The position numbers and the translations under genes were made by a program. From a virus, in the IMG/VR virus record IMGVR_UViG_3300046804_003463, positions 1 through 64,000 of that record: a stretch of DNA of 64,000 nucleotides; one strand, given 5' to 3'. Every line of letters begins with the position of its first letter. Positions within the stretch are counted from its first letter, which is position 1. The notes under the pieces were generated by a model. That model saw nothing but the letters and a program-made list of their open reading frames with translations, did no database searches and was not told where the DNA came from. This document shows, in pieces, positions 16,501-25,398 of the stretch.

Positions 16501-16920
16501 TTATATAGTATTTTTATGATGCAGTGCAATAGATTTCAGGTGATCTTTGCGTATCTTCGCCGTGACCCAATCGTTATAGTAATTCTCACTCAGCAAGGCA
16601 TGGCGTGACATTATCTCATACGTTTCAAAATACGCACATTCAGATTTGCTTTTACACAAATGAAGAATTATTCTTCGGTAGTTACTTTCTCCGGTTGCTG
16701 CAACTTCCCTTTTGAGTGTGTCGTTGGAACCGTAATAGGTTTCCCAATCGGAAGGTTTTCGGATCTTTTTTTTCTTGCCGTTGATTTGTCTTGTGCCAGC
16801 CTGCGTAAAGTATTTGCGTCCAATATATTTTCTTCCTGTAGTGAGATTTTCTATTAGGTACACAAAGCCAAACGATGTGCCGTCATACTCATACGGCACA
16901 CCATCATAATACCATGTCAT
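16501..16920 (-). CDS. GIY-YIG (Seg-like) domain protein
   Basis: GFVYLI..RKYIGRK, YYGS, E..YYN. Confidence 0.8.
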   Translation of the reverse strand: MTWYYDGVPYEYDGTSFGFVYLIENLTTGRKYIGRKYFTQAGTRQINGKKKKIRKPSDWETYYGSNDTLKREVAATGESNYRRIILHLCKSKSECAYFETYEIMSRHALLSENYYNDWVTAKIRKDHLKSIALHHKNTI

Positions 16921-17093
16921 AGTGGTTCTTCATCATCATCGTCATGAAGGTCCTCATCATCAAAACTTTCATCGTCAAGTATTAAATATTCTCCGCAAAA
17001 CGGACAATGTGTTGGGTCTGATTCTGTGTGCATCTCATTGTAAGAGATGGCAAATTCAGAGCCACATGCTGTGCATTCATGTTGTATTCTCAT
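16917..17093 (-). CDS. Small Zn-ribbon protein with acidic tail
   Basis: Own translation, 58 aa: CTAC..CPFC, D/E-rich C-terminus. Confidence 0.7.
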   Translation of the reverse strand: MRIQHECTACGSEFAISYNEMHTESDPTHCPFCGEYLILDDESFDDEDLHDDDDEEPL

Positions 17094-17095
17094 AA

Positions 17096-17530
17096 TTAAT
17101 TACACCAAGATTGTTTTGCCTCACCAAAATATTCACGTGCAAGGCCATTTTGAATTAACATTGAACGAAGACTTTGACCGTCTAGAACGATGTCTCCCAA
17201 TACACGACCACCAAATTTATCCCAGTCATAGAGTATCACTTGACGCTTAGATGATTTAGCAACTGCATTGGTTGTAAATTTTGTTGCCAATTTTCCTCTT
17301 TCATCCTCCTGTGGACATTTAGCACGAAAGCCTTTTTCTGGTGTATCTACACCATAAATGCGAACAGCAAGTTCAGGCTTCAGTGGTGCAGGTAAAAATG
17401 GCGCTGCAATCACTACAGTGTCACCGTCATTTACACGGACAATTTGTGCATCATACATCACGCCTTGTGGTGCTTTTTGTGCCAATGCCAGTGACGGCAA
17501 TAGCATAATCATTAACAGCAATTTTTTCAT
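17096..17530 (-). CDS. Thermonuclease (SNase-like) with signal peptide
   Basis: DGDT, RIYGVDTPE, DKFGGRVL. Confidence 0.9.
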   Translation of the reverse strand: MKKLLLMIMLLPSLALAQKAPQGVMYDAQIVRVNDGDTVVIAAPFLPAPLKPELAVRIYGVDTPEKGFRAKCPQEDERGKLATKFTTNAVAKSSKRQVILYDWDKFGGRVLGDIVLDGQSLRSMLIQNGLAREYFGEAKQSWCN

Positions 17531-17982
17531 ATTGATTCCTTACAAACGAGATTGAGAATATCAAAGCGTGTGGTGTGCGGCACATTCAAACTAACGATGT
17601 TTGAATTGACTTCATATGAGTTGCGAAAAACTACTTTATTATTTGCATCAACATACAAATCCATAAGCATCATGAGTTGTTTTCTACCACAGTGCAATGA
17701 ACCAAATACATACAATGCACTCACAGGAACATCTACGCCATAAAATTCTTGTGGAACATGATATGGCACATATGCGTGAAAACTAACAATTTCTTGTTTA
17801 GCGCCGACTGTGCTTTTCTCAATGTATATATCATAACCATCGGACTGAGTTACAAAATGCCAGTCGTTTTGATTGTGGATGATTTTATCATCGTTTGTGA
17901 AGTTAAGCCGGTATTCCGACTCTTCTGCATTTACCGAAAAGGCTAAAAGTGCTGCAATGACAAAAGAAAATAGGTGCTTCAT
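17527..17982 (-). CDS. Exported hypothetical protein
   Basis: Signal peptide from MKHLFS; late-promoter motif CTAAATA at 18002-18008. Confidence 0.65.
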   Translation of the reverse strand: MKHLFSFVIAALLAFSVNAEESEYRLNFTNDDKIIHNQNDWHFVTQSDGYDIYIEKSTVGAKQEIVSFHAYVPYHVPQEFYGVDVPVSALYVFGSLHCGRKQLMMLMDLYVDANNKVVFRNSYEVNSNIVSLNVPHTTRFDILNLVCKESI

Positions 17983-18016
17983 GGGATCCCCCCGAAACAC
18001 CTATTTAGAACACAAA

Positions 18017-18727
18017 TCAACTCCAGTATTTACTGTTGTCCAATTTATCCCAATACTTTTGATTATTACGATTTATGAAGTTTTTGATCAAATACCAACC
18101 CATACCAAAGTACCCCATTTTCTTGAATCTACGGGAATCTTGACCAAAATAATGATTTAGTATTTTAAACTTTTTAGGTTCATACATTCTTGAAAGGAAA
18201 TAATCTTCAGATGTAGAAAACCTTTCATTGAAGCCCCCAAACGCATCAAACTTACTCTTACGGGTTAGCATGAAGGCACCCACAGCAAACGGAGAAAAAT
18301 GTTTCAAAATTTGATTGATTTTATTGAAAATAAAAAACCCAAGTTCCGCTTTCCAATCATCTTCGTAACATCTAATATTTGCTCCAATCAAATCTAAATC
18401 GTTCTGTTCAATCTCAAAAACAGCATCACGAATCATATAATTATCAAAAAATATCACATCAGCATCTATGAACAAAATATATGGTGTGGTGACTAATTTT
18501 GCGGCATTGTTTCGTGCCACAGCAACAGGACCACCATCAATGATTTCAATATTCAGAAAAGCACGATTGTTTCTAATTACATCTCTGGTGTTGTCAGTTG
18601 AACAGTCAGCAATAATAATTCTAGTGTCACCTATCTTCTGTTGACGTAAAGAATTAAGCAAATGATTTATGTAATTTTCTTCATTTTTGCTTGGAATAAC
18701 AATTGTGATTTTATCGCTTAGTTTCAT
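18017..18727 (-). CDS. Family 2 glycosyltransferase
   Basis: IVIPSKNE, ARNNAA, FIDAD (DxD), GGF.E, SED. Confidence 0.9.
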   Translation of the reverse strand: MKLSDKITIVIPSKNEENYINHLLNSLRQQKIGDTRIIIADCSTDNTRDVIRNNRAFLNIEIIDGGPVAVARNNAAKLVTTPYILFIDADVIFFDNYMIRDAVFEIEQNDLDLIGANIRCYEDDWKAELGFFIFNKINQILKHFSPFAVGAFMLTRKSKFDAFGGFNERFSTSEDYFLSRMYEPKKFKILNHYFGQDSRRFKKMGYFGMGWYLIKNFINRNNQKYWDKLDNSKYWS

Positions 18728-18896
18728 CTTTCCTCACGCACTTTCCCTCAATCTTAAAATTGTCAAACTTTAACCAATACGTCATAGACTGTAAAGTTTG
18801 TTCACATTGTTGTTGTGTATCAAATTGTAGATTTATTCTTCCCGGTATGTCGTTTGAATTGTTCAGATGTACCGCTATCAATATCATCAACCACAT
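18711..18896 (-). CDS. Small exported protein
   Basis: Hydrophobic N-terminus, QQC..CV. Confidence 0.55.
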   Translation of the reverse strand: MWLMILIAVHLNNSNDIPGRINLQFDTQQQCEQTLQSMTYWLKFDNFKIEGKCVRKDETKR

Positions 18897-19647
18897 TATC
18901 GCTCTCCTGTGTCCATGTGATTATTTCCCATCTACCATCATGGTGTTCAACAAGTGCTGTCATTGATTCTACCCAGTCACCGTCATTCATATACATTACA
19001 CCATCAATTTTTTTTATTTCTGCTTGATGTATATGACCACAAATCACACCGTCAAATCCTTTTTTCTTACAATATGCCGCTAAATTACTTTCAAATTGAA
19101 ATATGAAATCAACTGCTTTTTTTACCTTGCGCTTAAGGAAACGACTAAGACTAAAATAACCAACACCCATTCTATGGAGGATCCAATTGAATTTACTATT
19201 GAAAGATAAAATGGTGTCATACGCTTTGTCTCCTAGTATTGCTAGCCACGGAGCAAGTCTAGTAATACCGTCAAAAAAGTCTCCGTGAATAACAAGATAG
19301 TGTTTACCATCAGCACCAATGTGTTCTATTTGATTATGCATTTCAATCATACCAAAATTTAAATTATATTGTAAATATGGTCTAAGAAATTCATCATGAT
19401 TACCTAACACATATACCACTCTTGTATTTCTTTTTGCGTGTCCTAATATACGTCTTACCACATTTGTGTGACTTTGTTTCCAGCGCCATTTATTTTGTTT
19501 TATTTTCCAAGCATCAATTATATCACCAACAAGATAAAGTGTTTCACACGAATTATTTTTGAGAAAATTGTTTAGTGCTTCAGCCTTACAATCTTTCGTT
19601 CCAAGGTGAACGTCTGAAATGAAAATACTACGATATTTTTTGTCCAT
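18820..19647 (-). CDS. PlcP/LpxH2-like metallophosphoesterase (phospholipase C)
   Basis: SDVHLG, GDIID, GNHD, HGD, CGHIH, NDGDWVES. Confidence 0.85.
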   Translation of the reverse strand: MDKKYRSIFISDVHLGTKDCKAEALNNFLKNNSCETLYLVGDIIDAWKIKQNKWRWKQSHTNVVRRILGHAKRNTRVVYVLGNHDEFLRPYLQYNLNFGMIEMHNQIEHIGADGKHYLVIHGDFFDGITRLAPWLAILGDKAYDTILSFNSKFNWILHRMGVGYFSLSRFLKRKVKKAVDFIFQFESNLAAYCKKKGFDGVICGHIHQAEIKKIDGVMYMNDGDWVESMTALVEHHDGRWEIITWTQESDNVVDDIDSGTSEQFKRHTGKNKSTI

Positions 19648-19708
19648 TGAAATACTGGTTACGGGTCCAGTGTCACCTGATAGTTGTGACCGATTTTTTT
19701 ATTTTGTT

Positions 19709-21115
19709 TTAGAAGTTCAACTGGCTTCTGAACATGACTGCTTGATCACCTTTTACACGACTGCCCGATGCACCAACTAATTGATCAAACTTTGTATCAA
19801 CATAATTTACCATAAAACGTAGATTGTCGGTAGCAAACCATGTGATGCCATATGTCATAGCAGTAGCACGATTTGATTTGCCAGCCGCTACTACGATAGG
19901 ACTTGCATCAAACTCACTCATACGTACACCAACTTGCCATGCACCACGGCCACCTTTGTCTAAAGAATTGTTAGGTTTAATTGCACCAAACACACCGTCT
20001 TTATAATTGTATGATTCACCAGTAATATTATAAGTTGCTAAAACATAATACCCTTTAATTTCTTGATTTACACCAACAGCAGGATCATAAACGAATTCAA
20101 ATTGTTCACCTTGTATTTTAAAGGCATTATATGCTATTGCTGCTTCAAGACCTTGGCGTGTTCTAGTTGTCAAACCACTTAGAGCAGGGCCGGTAAACCA
20201 AGCATTTTGAGACCTTGATTCTGTTCTTGCACTTGATGGTGTAACTCCACCTTTAATTTCACCTGTACTATATGCAGCACCCAAATGTGCGACATATGCT
20301 TTGCTGCCAGTGAGTTCAGCAATGTTTGTGGTTACACGACCAATGTAATCAAGACTATCTGCTACGACATCTTTGTTACCACGACCACGACTGACTGCGG
20401 CTGCATAGGTCAATCCTGTTGTCGGCACACCATGAATCATAAAGCCTGTTTCTTTTGCAGGAATAAATTCACCTTCAACTTGACCAATCAGACTACGTTC
20501 CATCATATCAATATTGTTGGAACTTTGTAGTTGCTCTAAACTAAATGGCATTTTGAACAAACCAAACTGAAATTGCATTTCAGGATTGGCTGCATAGTTT
20601 ACCCATCCTACATCTAAATTTGTTGTTGATGATGCTGCGCCAACATCATTACCAAAATTACCCACAAATTCATATTTGAAGTCTTTAGCAAACTGTCCAC
20701 GAACACCAAATCTAGCACGACGAACTTCTGCTAAGTTTTGATACGAATCCGTGGTTTGACCGACAGCATAATTCGGTGAGTAGTGTCGATAGTCCATATG
20801 TAATCGACCTGTAAATTGTGCTGTGTTGTTTCCATCTTTGCTTTTGAGTCCAATTCCATTTTCGGTGACTGAACCATCATTTGCTCTGGCTTGTCTCCAC
20901 TTGTTGTTGTCGCTAACATCTTTGTCAATTCTTTGCTCGGCAAATTTTTTGTTTTCTTCTCTTTCTTCATATGCTTTGAGTTTTGTTTCATATTCTTGTT
21001 GAGTGATTACATTCTTCTCTCTTAGAATGTTCAATGTTTCTTTATACTCATCAGCATATGCAGGAATTGCCGCTGCTAGTGCAATTACGATAGAAAGTTT
21101 TTTAAATAGTTTCAT
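19709..21115 (-). CDS. Phosphate-selective porin (OprO/OprP family)
   Basis: Signal peptide, RRARFG, FKMPFSLEQL.S..ERS, C-terminal Phe; next to pstS. Confidence 0.85.
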   Translation of the reverse strand: MKLFKKLSIVIALAAAIPAYADEYKETLNILREKNVITQQEYETKLKAYEEREENKKFAEQRIDKDVSDNNKWRQARANDGSVTENGIGLKSKDGNNTAQFTGRLHMDYRHYSPNYAVGQTTDSYQNLAEVRRARFGVRGQFAKDFKYEFVGNFGNDVGAASSTTNLDVGWVNYAANPEMQFQFGLFKMPFSLEQLQSSNNIDMMERSLIGQVEGEFIPAKETGFMIHGVPTTGLTYAAAVSRGRGNKDVVADSLDYIGRVTTNIAELTGSKAYVAHLGAAYSTGEIKGGVTPSSARTESRSQNAWFTGPALSGLTTRTRQGLEAAIAYNAFKIQGEQFEFVYDPAVGVNQEIKGYYVLATYNITGESYNYKDGVFGAIKPNNSLDKGGRGAWQVGVRMSEFDASPIVVAAGKSNRATAMTYGITWFATDNLRFMVNYVDTKFDQLVGASGSRVKGDQAVMFRSQLNF

Positions 21116-21124
21116 GATTTATCC

Positions 21125-22147
21125 TTATTTCCAAATTGAGTTACCGTCAGGACCTTTTAGATCCTTGCGCCAGTTGTCTTGTACAAGTTTAACCACATCG
21201 GCAGGCATATGAACATACTCTAATTCTTCACTCATTTTGCCACCGTTTTTGTAAGACCAGTCAAAGAACTTGAGAACTGCACGGCCTGTCAATGCATCTG
21301 CTTGTTGCTTGTGCATCAAAATAAAACTTGCGCCTGTTGCTGGCCATGCATCTTTACCTGTTTGCCATGTCAGCAATAGATACATGCCTGGTGCATTTGC
21401 CCAATCTGCATTTGCTGCCGCTGTTTTGAATGTAGAATCATCAGGTAATACAAAGTTACCATCACGATTCTTTAGTGACGCATAAGGAATCTTATTGCGT
21501 TTTGCATATGCATATTCAACATAACCAAATGCACCTTTCAGTCTTTGTACTTGTGCTGCTACACCCTCATTACCTTTACCACCTACACCTGTTGGCCATT
21601 TTACTGCTGTGCCTTCACCGACTACTTTTGCAAATTCAGGATTTGCTTTACCAAGAAAGTTTGTCCAGATGAATGTGGTGCCTGAACCATCTGCACGATG
21701 AATAACTGTGATTGGTATTGCAGGTAGATTTATACCAGGATTCAAATCGGTGATTGCTTTGTCATTCCACTTTGTAATTTTACCAAGATGAATGTTTGCG
21801 ACTACATCTGGTGTCAGTTTCAGTTTGCCTGACTCAATGCCATCAAGGTTGAATACTGGTACTACACCACCGATGATTGCTGGAAACTGCATTAGACCTT
21901 CTTTGTCTAATTCCTCTTTCTTCAATGGCATATCAGATGCGCCAAAATCAACTGTCTTGGCTTTGATTTGACGAATGCCACCACCCGAACCGATTGATTG
22001 ATAGTTTAGACCAATGCCAGTTTGTGCTTTATATGCTTCAGCCCACTTTGCATAGATTGGAAATGGAAAAGTCGCACCGGCTCCAGTAAATTCTGCTGCT
22101 GATGCGACTCCTGTGAATAGCAATAATGATAGTAAAAACTTCTTCAT
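21125..22147 (-). CDS. pstS: Phosphate ABC transporter substrate-binding protein
   Basis: GAGATFP, GSGGG, DFGASD, RADGSGTT. Confidence 0.95.
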   Translation of the reverse strand: MKKFLLSLLLFTGVASAAEFTGAGATFPFPIYAKWAEAYKAQTGIGLNYQSIGSGGGIRQIKAKTVDFGASDMPLKKEELDKEGLMQFPAIIGGVVPVFNLDGIESGKLKLTPDVVANIHLGKITKWNDKAITDLNPGINLPAIPITVIHRADGSGTTFIWTNFLGKANPEFAKVVGEGTAVKWPTGVGGKGNEGVAAQVQRLKGAFGYVEYAYAKRNKIPYASLKNRDGNFVLPDDSTFKTAAANADWANAPGMYLLLTWQTGKDAWPATGASFILMHKQQADALTGRAVLKFFDWSYKNGGKMSEELEYVHMPADVVKLVQDNWRKDLKGPDGNSIWK

Positions 22148-22221
22148 ATTATCTCCTTTGAGTTAGACTACTAAAATAGTTCTGTGTAACGGATCCGTCA
22201 CAATTTAGAATTTTTTTTAAT

Positions 22222-22258
22222 AGTCTGACCGCCGAAGACAATCAGACTTTATATTTAG
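22222..22258 (-). promoter_or_regulatory. Late-type promoter (CTAAATA) followed by a UUCG hairpin at the 5' end of the pstS transcript
   Basis: TACTAAATA then AGUCUGAUUGUC-UUCG-GCGGUCAGACU. Confidence 0.55.
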
Positions 22259-22260
22259 TA

Positions 22261-23253
22261 TTACGCTGCTTTACCCCAAACAGTTTCCCAATTGCCTGTC
22301 AATGCACCTTTTGAATAATCTGTTGCACGATTCTCAAAAAAGTTTGTGTGTGTTGGTGCATTGATCATCTCTTCAACCCATGGAAGCGGATTCTTTTTAA
22401 CCTTGAATACACCCTTGAGACCCAGACTAATGAGGCGACGATCAGCAATGTAGCGTATGTAAAGTTTAACGTCATCAGCAGATAGACCAGACATGTCACC
22501 CATATTAAAAGCAAGATCAATAAACTTATCTTCAAGTTCAACCATTTTTTCAGCAATAGTATAAATTTTTGATTTAAGGTCGTCATTCCATATCTGCTTA
22601 TTTTCTTCAATATAGGTTCGGAATAATTTAATCATAGACTCAGCGTGTTGTGTTTCATCCACGATTGACCAAGTAATAATCTGACCCATGCCTCTCATTT
22701 TACCTTGGCGTGGGAAGTTAAGTAGCATGATAAAGGAACTGAATAGTTGCATCCCTTCGGTGAAAGCAGAGAATACTGCAATATGAGCAGCAGTAGAAGC
22801 CCTATCGCCATTCTGTGTGCTAATACCAAGAATATAATCGTGTTTTGAACGCATTTCGTCATATTCCATAAACTCCGTGTATGTGGTGTCTGGCATACCA
22901 AGTGTTTCAATTAGATGTGAGTATGCTGCGATGTGTAATGCTTCACGTGCTGCAAAACCTAACAGCATCATTCTTACTTCAGGTTGAGGGAAATAAGGTA
23001 GGTAATTATTAACATAGCCACCCGCAACATCAATGTCACCCTGAGTAAAAAATCTGAATATATGAGTAAGAAAATTCTTTTCGTCTTTCGTAAGTTTATT
23101 CTTCCAATCCTTAACATCTTCAAGCATTGGAACTTCCGTGTGAAGCCAGTGACTCTGTTCATGTTTGAGCCAACTTTCGTATGCCCAAGGATATGCAAAT
23201 GGTTTGAATGATGTTCTTTCGTCTGTTAGTTTTGTATCTTGCTTTTTAATCAT
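22261..23253 (-). CDS. nrdB: Ribonucleotide reductase class I beta subunit
   Basis: EALHIAAY, EGMQLFSSF, DETQH, NFFENR. Confidence 0.95.
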   Translation of the reverse strand: MIKKQDTKLTDERTSFKPFAYPWAYESWLKHEQSHWLHTEVPMLEDVKDWKNKLTKDEKNFLTHIFRFFTQGDIDVAGGYVNNYLPYFPQPEVRMMLLGFAAREALHIAAYSHLIETLGMPDTTYTEFMEYDEMRSKHDYILGISTQNGDRASTAAHIAVFSAFTEGMQLFSSFIMLLNFPRQGKMRGMGQIITWSIVDETQHAESMIKLFRTYIEENKQIWNDDLKSKIYTIAEKMVELEDKFIDLAFNMGDMSGLSADDVKLYIRYIADRRLISLGLKGVFKVKKNPLPWVEEMINAPTHTNFFENRATDYSKGALTGNWETVWGKAA

Positions 23254-23491
23254 TGATGAATGCCTCTAGTTCTTGTTTTGTCTTATTACCTACTAATCTT
23301 TTTGTTGCCATGTTATCTTCCATCATCACCAATGTTGGTACACCACGAATACCAAATTCTGCTGCTATTTCTGGTTGTGCGTCAATGTCAATTACTTCAA
23401 TTGGCACATTTGTTTGTACATCTTCTAGTGTCTTTGCTAACATCTTACATGGACCACACCATGATGCTGTAAATCTAACGACCTTTTTCAT
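23246..23491 (-). CDS. Thioredoxin
   Basis: WCGPC, GVPT. Confidence 0.92.
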   Translation of the reverse strand: MKKVVRFTASWCGPCKMLAKTLEDVQTNVPIEVIDIDAQPEIAAEFGIRGVPTLVMMEDNMATKRLVGNKTKQELEAFIND

Positions 23492-23625
23492 TTGCCTTGA
23501 CCTCTATATTTTTTATGTGAACGCTTTTCATGTTTATTCATTGATGCTGTTTTCTTTTGACCGCCTTGTTTTGTGCGTTTGTGTACTGTTTTGTGTTTGT
23601 TCACGTTAGGTGCTTTAACTGACAT
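23488..23625 (-). CDS. Small basic protein (..SMNKHEKRSHKKYRGQGK)
   Basis: Own translation, 45 aa; AGGAG RBS. Confidence 0.7.
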   Translation of the reverse strand: MSVKAPNVNKHKTVHKRTKQGGQKKTASMNKHEKRSHKKYRGQGK

Positions 23626-23633
23626 AATTTCTC

Positions 23634-24266
23634 CTATTCATACATTACTGTTTCAGTGTCACCCAAAGACCATTTGGGATTTTGTTCTACAACATACTTC
23701 TTGGTACAAACTTTAAAATCTGGAAACTTTAGTTCTTTTGGATTACTTGCTGCGTCTAAAAACAAACAACGATTATTTGGCTGTGCTGCATACTGACCGT
23801 TGTATAATTCAATGAAATTGAAACTCTTATGATCTTCTGGCCATTCAGCATAACTTGTATCTATAATATTTAAATCTGGTGCCGAATGGTCTACAGTAAA
23901 CAAATAGTTGCCTTCGTAGAACTGTTTGTCTTTGGCATAAAACTTGCATGTAAGATTACGCACAAATGCTTTTTGTATCACAGTGAAATCATAACTGAAA
24001 CAATCCCAAATTTGCAATGTGTCTAAAGGTAAAAAAGTTTTTGGGAGATTATCCGTTCTGCTAACAAAAGCATGTAATGGTAGTTTATCGTAAAGTGCGC
24101 CATAGTTTGGTAAATATGCCTCTATTCTGAATGCTTGACTTCTGATGCTTTTGATTGTAACCCAGATACATGGCTCATACTCACCATGACCTTTCTCAAA
24201 ATCATACAGAAACTCCTTGCGTATGTAACAATGTACAGGTGGCAGATTTGCTACTAAATGTGCCAT
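23634..24266 (-). CDS. Conserved phage hypothetical protein
   Basis: LQIWDCFSY, GQYAAQPNNR motifs. Confidence 0.8.
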   Translation of the reverse strand: MAHLVANLPPVHCYIRKEFLYDFEKGHGEYEPCIWVTIKSIRSQAFRIEAYLPNYGALYDKLPLHAFVSRTDNLPKTFLPLDTLQIWDCFSYDFTVIQKAFVRNLTCKFYAKDKQFYEGNYLFTVDHSAPDLNIIDTSYAEWPEDHKSFNFIELYNGQYAAQPNNRCLFLDAASNPKELKFPDFKVCTKKYVVEQNPKWSLGDTETVMYE

Positions 24267-24508
24267 TTTTTCTCATGTAAATGAAATTTCATGCCAACAT
24301 ATGTTCCTGCAAATGCACCAAGAACTGCTGGTATGATCATCATGTTGTCGTTTGTGTAGTTGATGATTGCTACACCACCTAAAAATGTAATTGCTGATGC
24401 CCAAATACTTGATGCCATTGGTCTATCGTTTTGTACTGATTTAAGTAACTGTGTATAAACAATGTCTGTAACAAACATACAAACAAATGTAAAAATATAT
24501 GCCCACAT
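24254..24508 (-). CDS. Small membrane protein
   Basis: Three TM segments, GAFAGTY. Confidence 0.7.
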   Translation of the reverse strand: MWAYIFTFVCMFVTDIVYTQLLKSVQNDRPMASSIWASAITFLGGVAIINYTNDNMMIIPAVLGAFAGTYVGMKFHLHEKKWHI

Positions 24509-24637
24509 TATTTTTTCTCTTCGACTTTCTTTTCTACTGGTGGTGGCTCAGGTGGCCAGATTTGTTCTTTGATATAATTGGCTCCGAACCAGCCCCATGC
24601 TGAAAAGAAACCCCACATCATAATTTCAAGTATCATG

Positions 24638-25279
24638 TTACTTCTCCAATAATCTATTCACAAACTCTCTCAAAAGTTTATGATGTCTCCCTTGATGCCA
24701 ATGTTTATGTAGATATGGTTTACTGTACCAATACTCTTCTGCTTCTAAGTGTGGACCAATTAGTCCTATTTTGTTTTGTATGACTGCTGCTGGATCACCG
24801 TTGCTGTATCTGGCAATTGTTTCGAACTTTGATTCATCTCCGATAAATGCAGGTCCATCGTAAAAGAAGAACCTGTCTGTATTGCCTTGCCAGTCACATT
24901 CAACTGCTTTGGAATAATATCGTTTAGTACAGGTATTTGGTCGTCGTATGTATTGTTTGGCTTCAATGCCATCCACAATGTCCAAAAAATTGTGGTCAGC
25001 CCAATAAGCACCCATGCAAATACCGAGAAATCTACCACCATTCTTAATGTATTGTCTGACACCAGATTCATGATATTTAAACATATGGTCATAGGTGTCA
25101 GCATCGCCAATGCCACCAGGAAAGCAAACAATATCCACATCGTTAAAGTAGTCGTCTTCAATTTCATGTTTGGTAAAAAGTTTGTAGTTATAGTTAGCAC
25201 CTAGTGCTTTGATTACACCATTACATGATTGTACAGAACACCTTGGGTGCTGTACAAAAAGAGCAATTGTACAACTCAT
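24638..25279 (-). CDS. BPL-N / class I glutamine amidotransferase-like protein
   Basis: FPGG, GGRFLGICMGAY, GPHLE. Confidence 0.8.
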   Translation of the reverse strand: MSCTIALFVQHPRCSVQSCNGVIKALGANYNYKLFTKHEIEDDYFNDVDIVCFPGGIGDADTYDHMFKYHESGVRQYIKNGGRFLGICMGAYWADHNFLDIVDGIEAKQYIRRPNTCTKRYYSKAVECDWQGNTDRFFFYDGPAFIGDESKFETIARYSNGDPAAVIQNKIGLIGPHLEAEEYWYSKPYLHKHWHQGRHHKLLREFVNRLLEK

Positions 25280-25398
25280 TTTTCTTCTTTTTTATTCTCC
25301 TGCTCTTTTTTCTTTGGTTGTTGAACAGGAGTTTTTTCCTTGTAAGTTGGCCTTTTTGGATGCGGCTTTTGTTTTTTTGGATTTAGTTCGAATGACAT

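Noticed and set aside
22209-22248. Hairpin after nrdB as an intrinsic terminator
   Set aside because: On the coding strand it is followed by an A-run rather than a U-run, and it lies just downstream of a late promoter motif; more likely a 5' stabilising hairpin.
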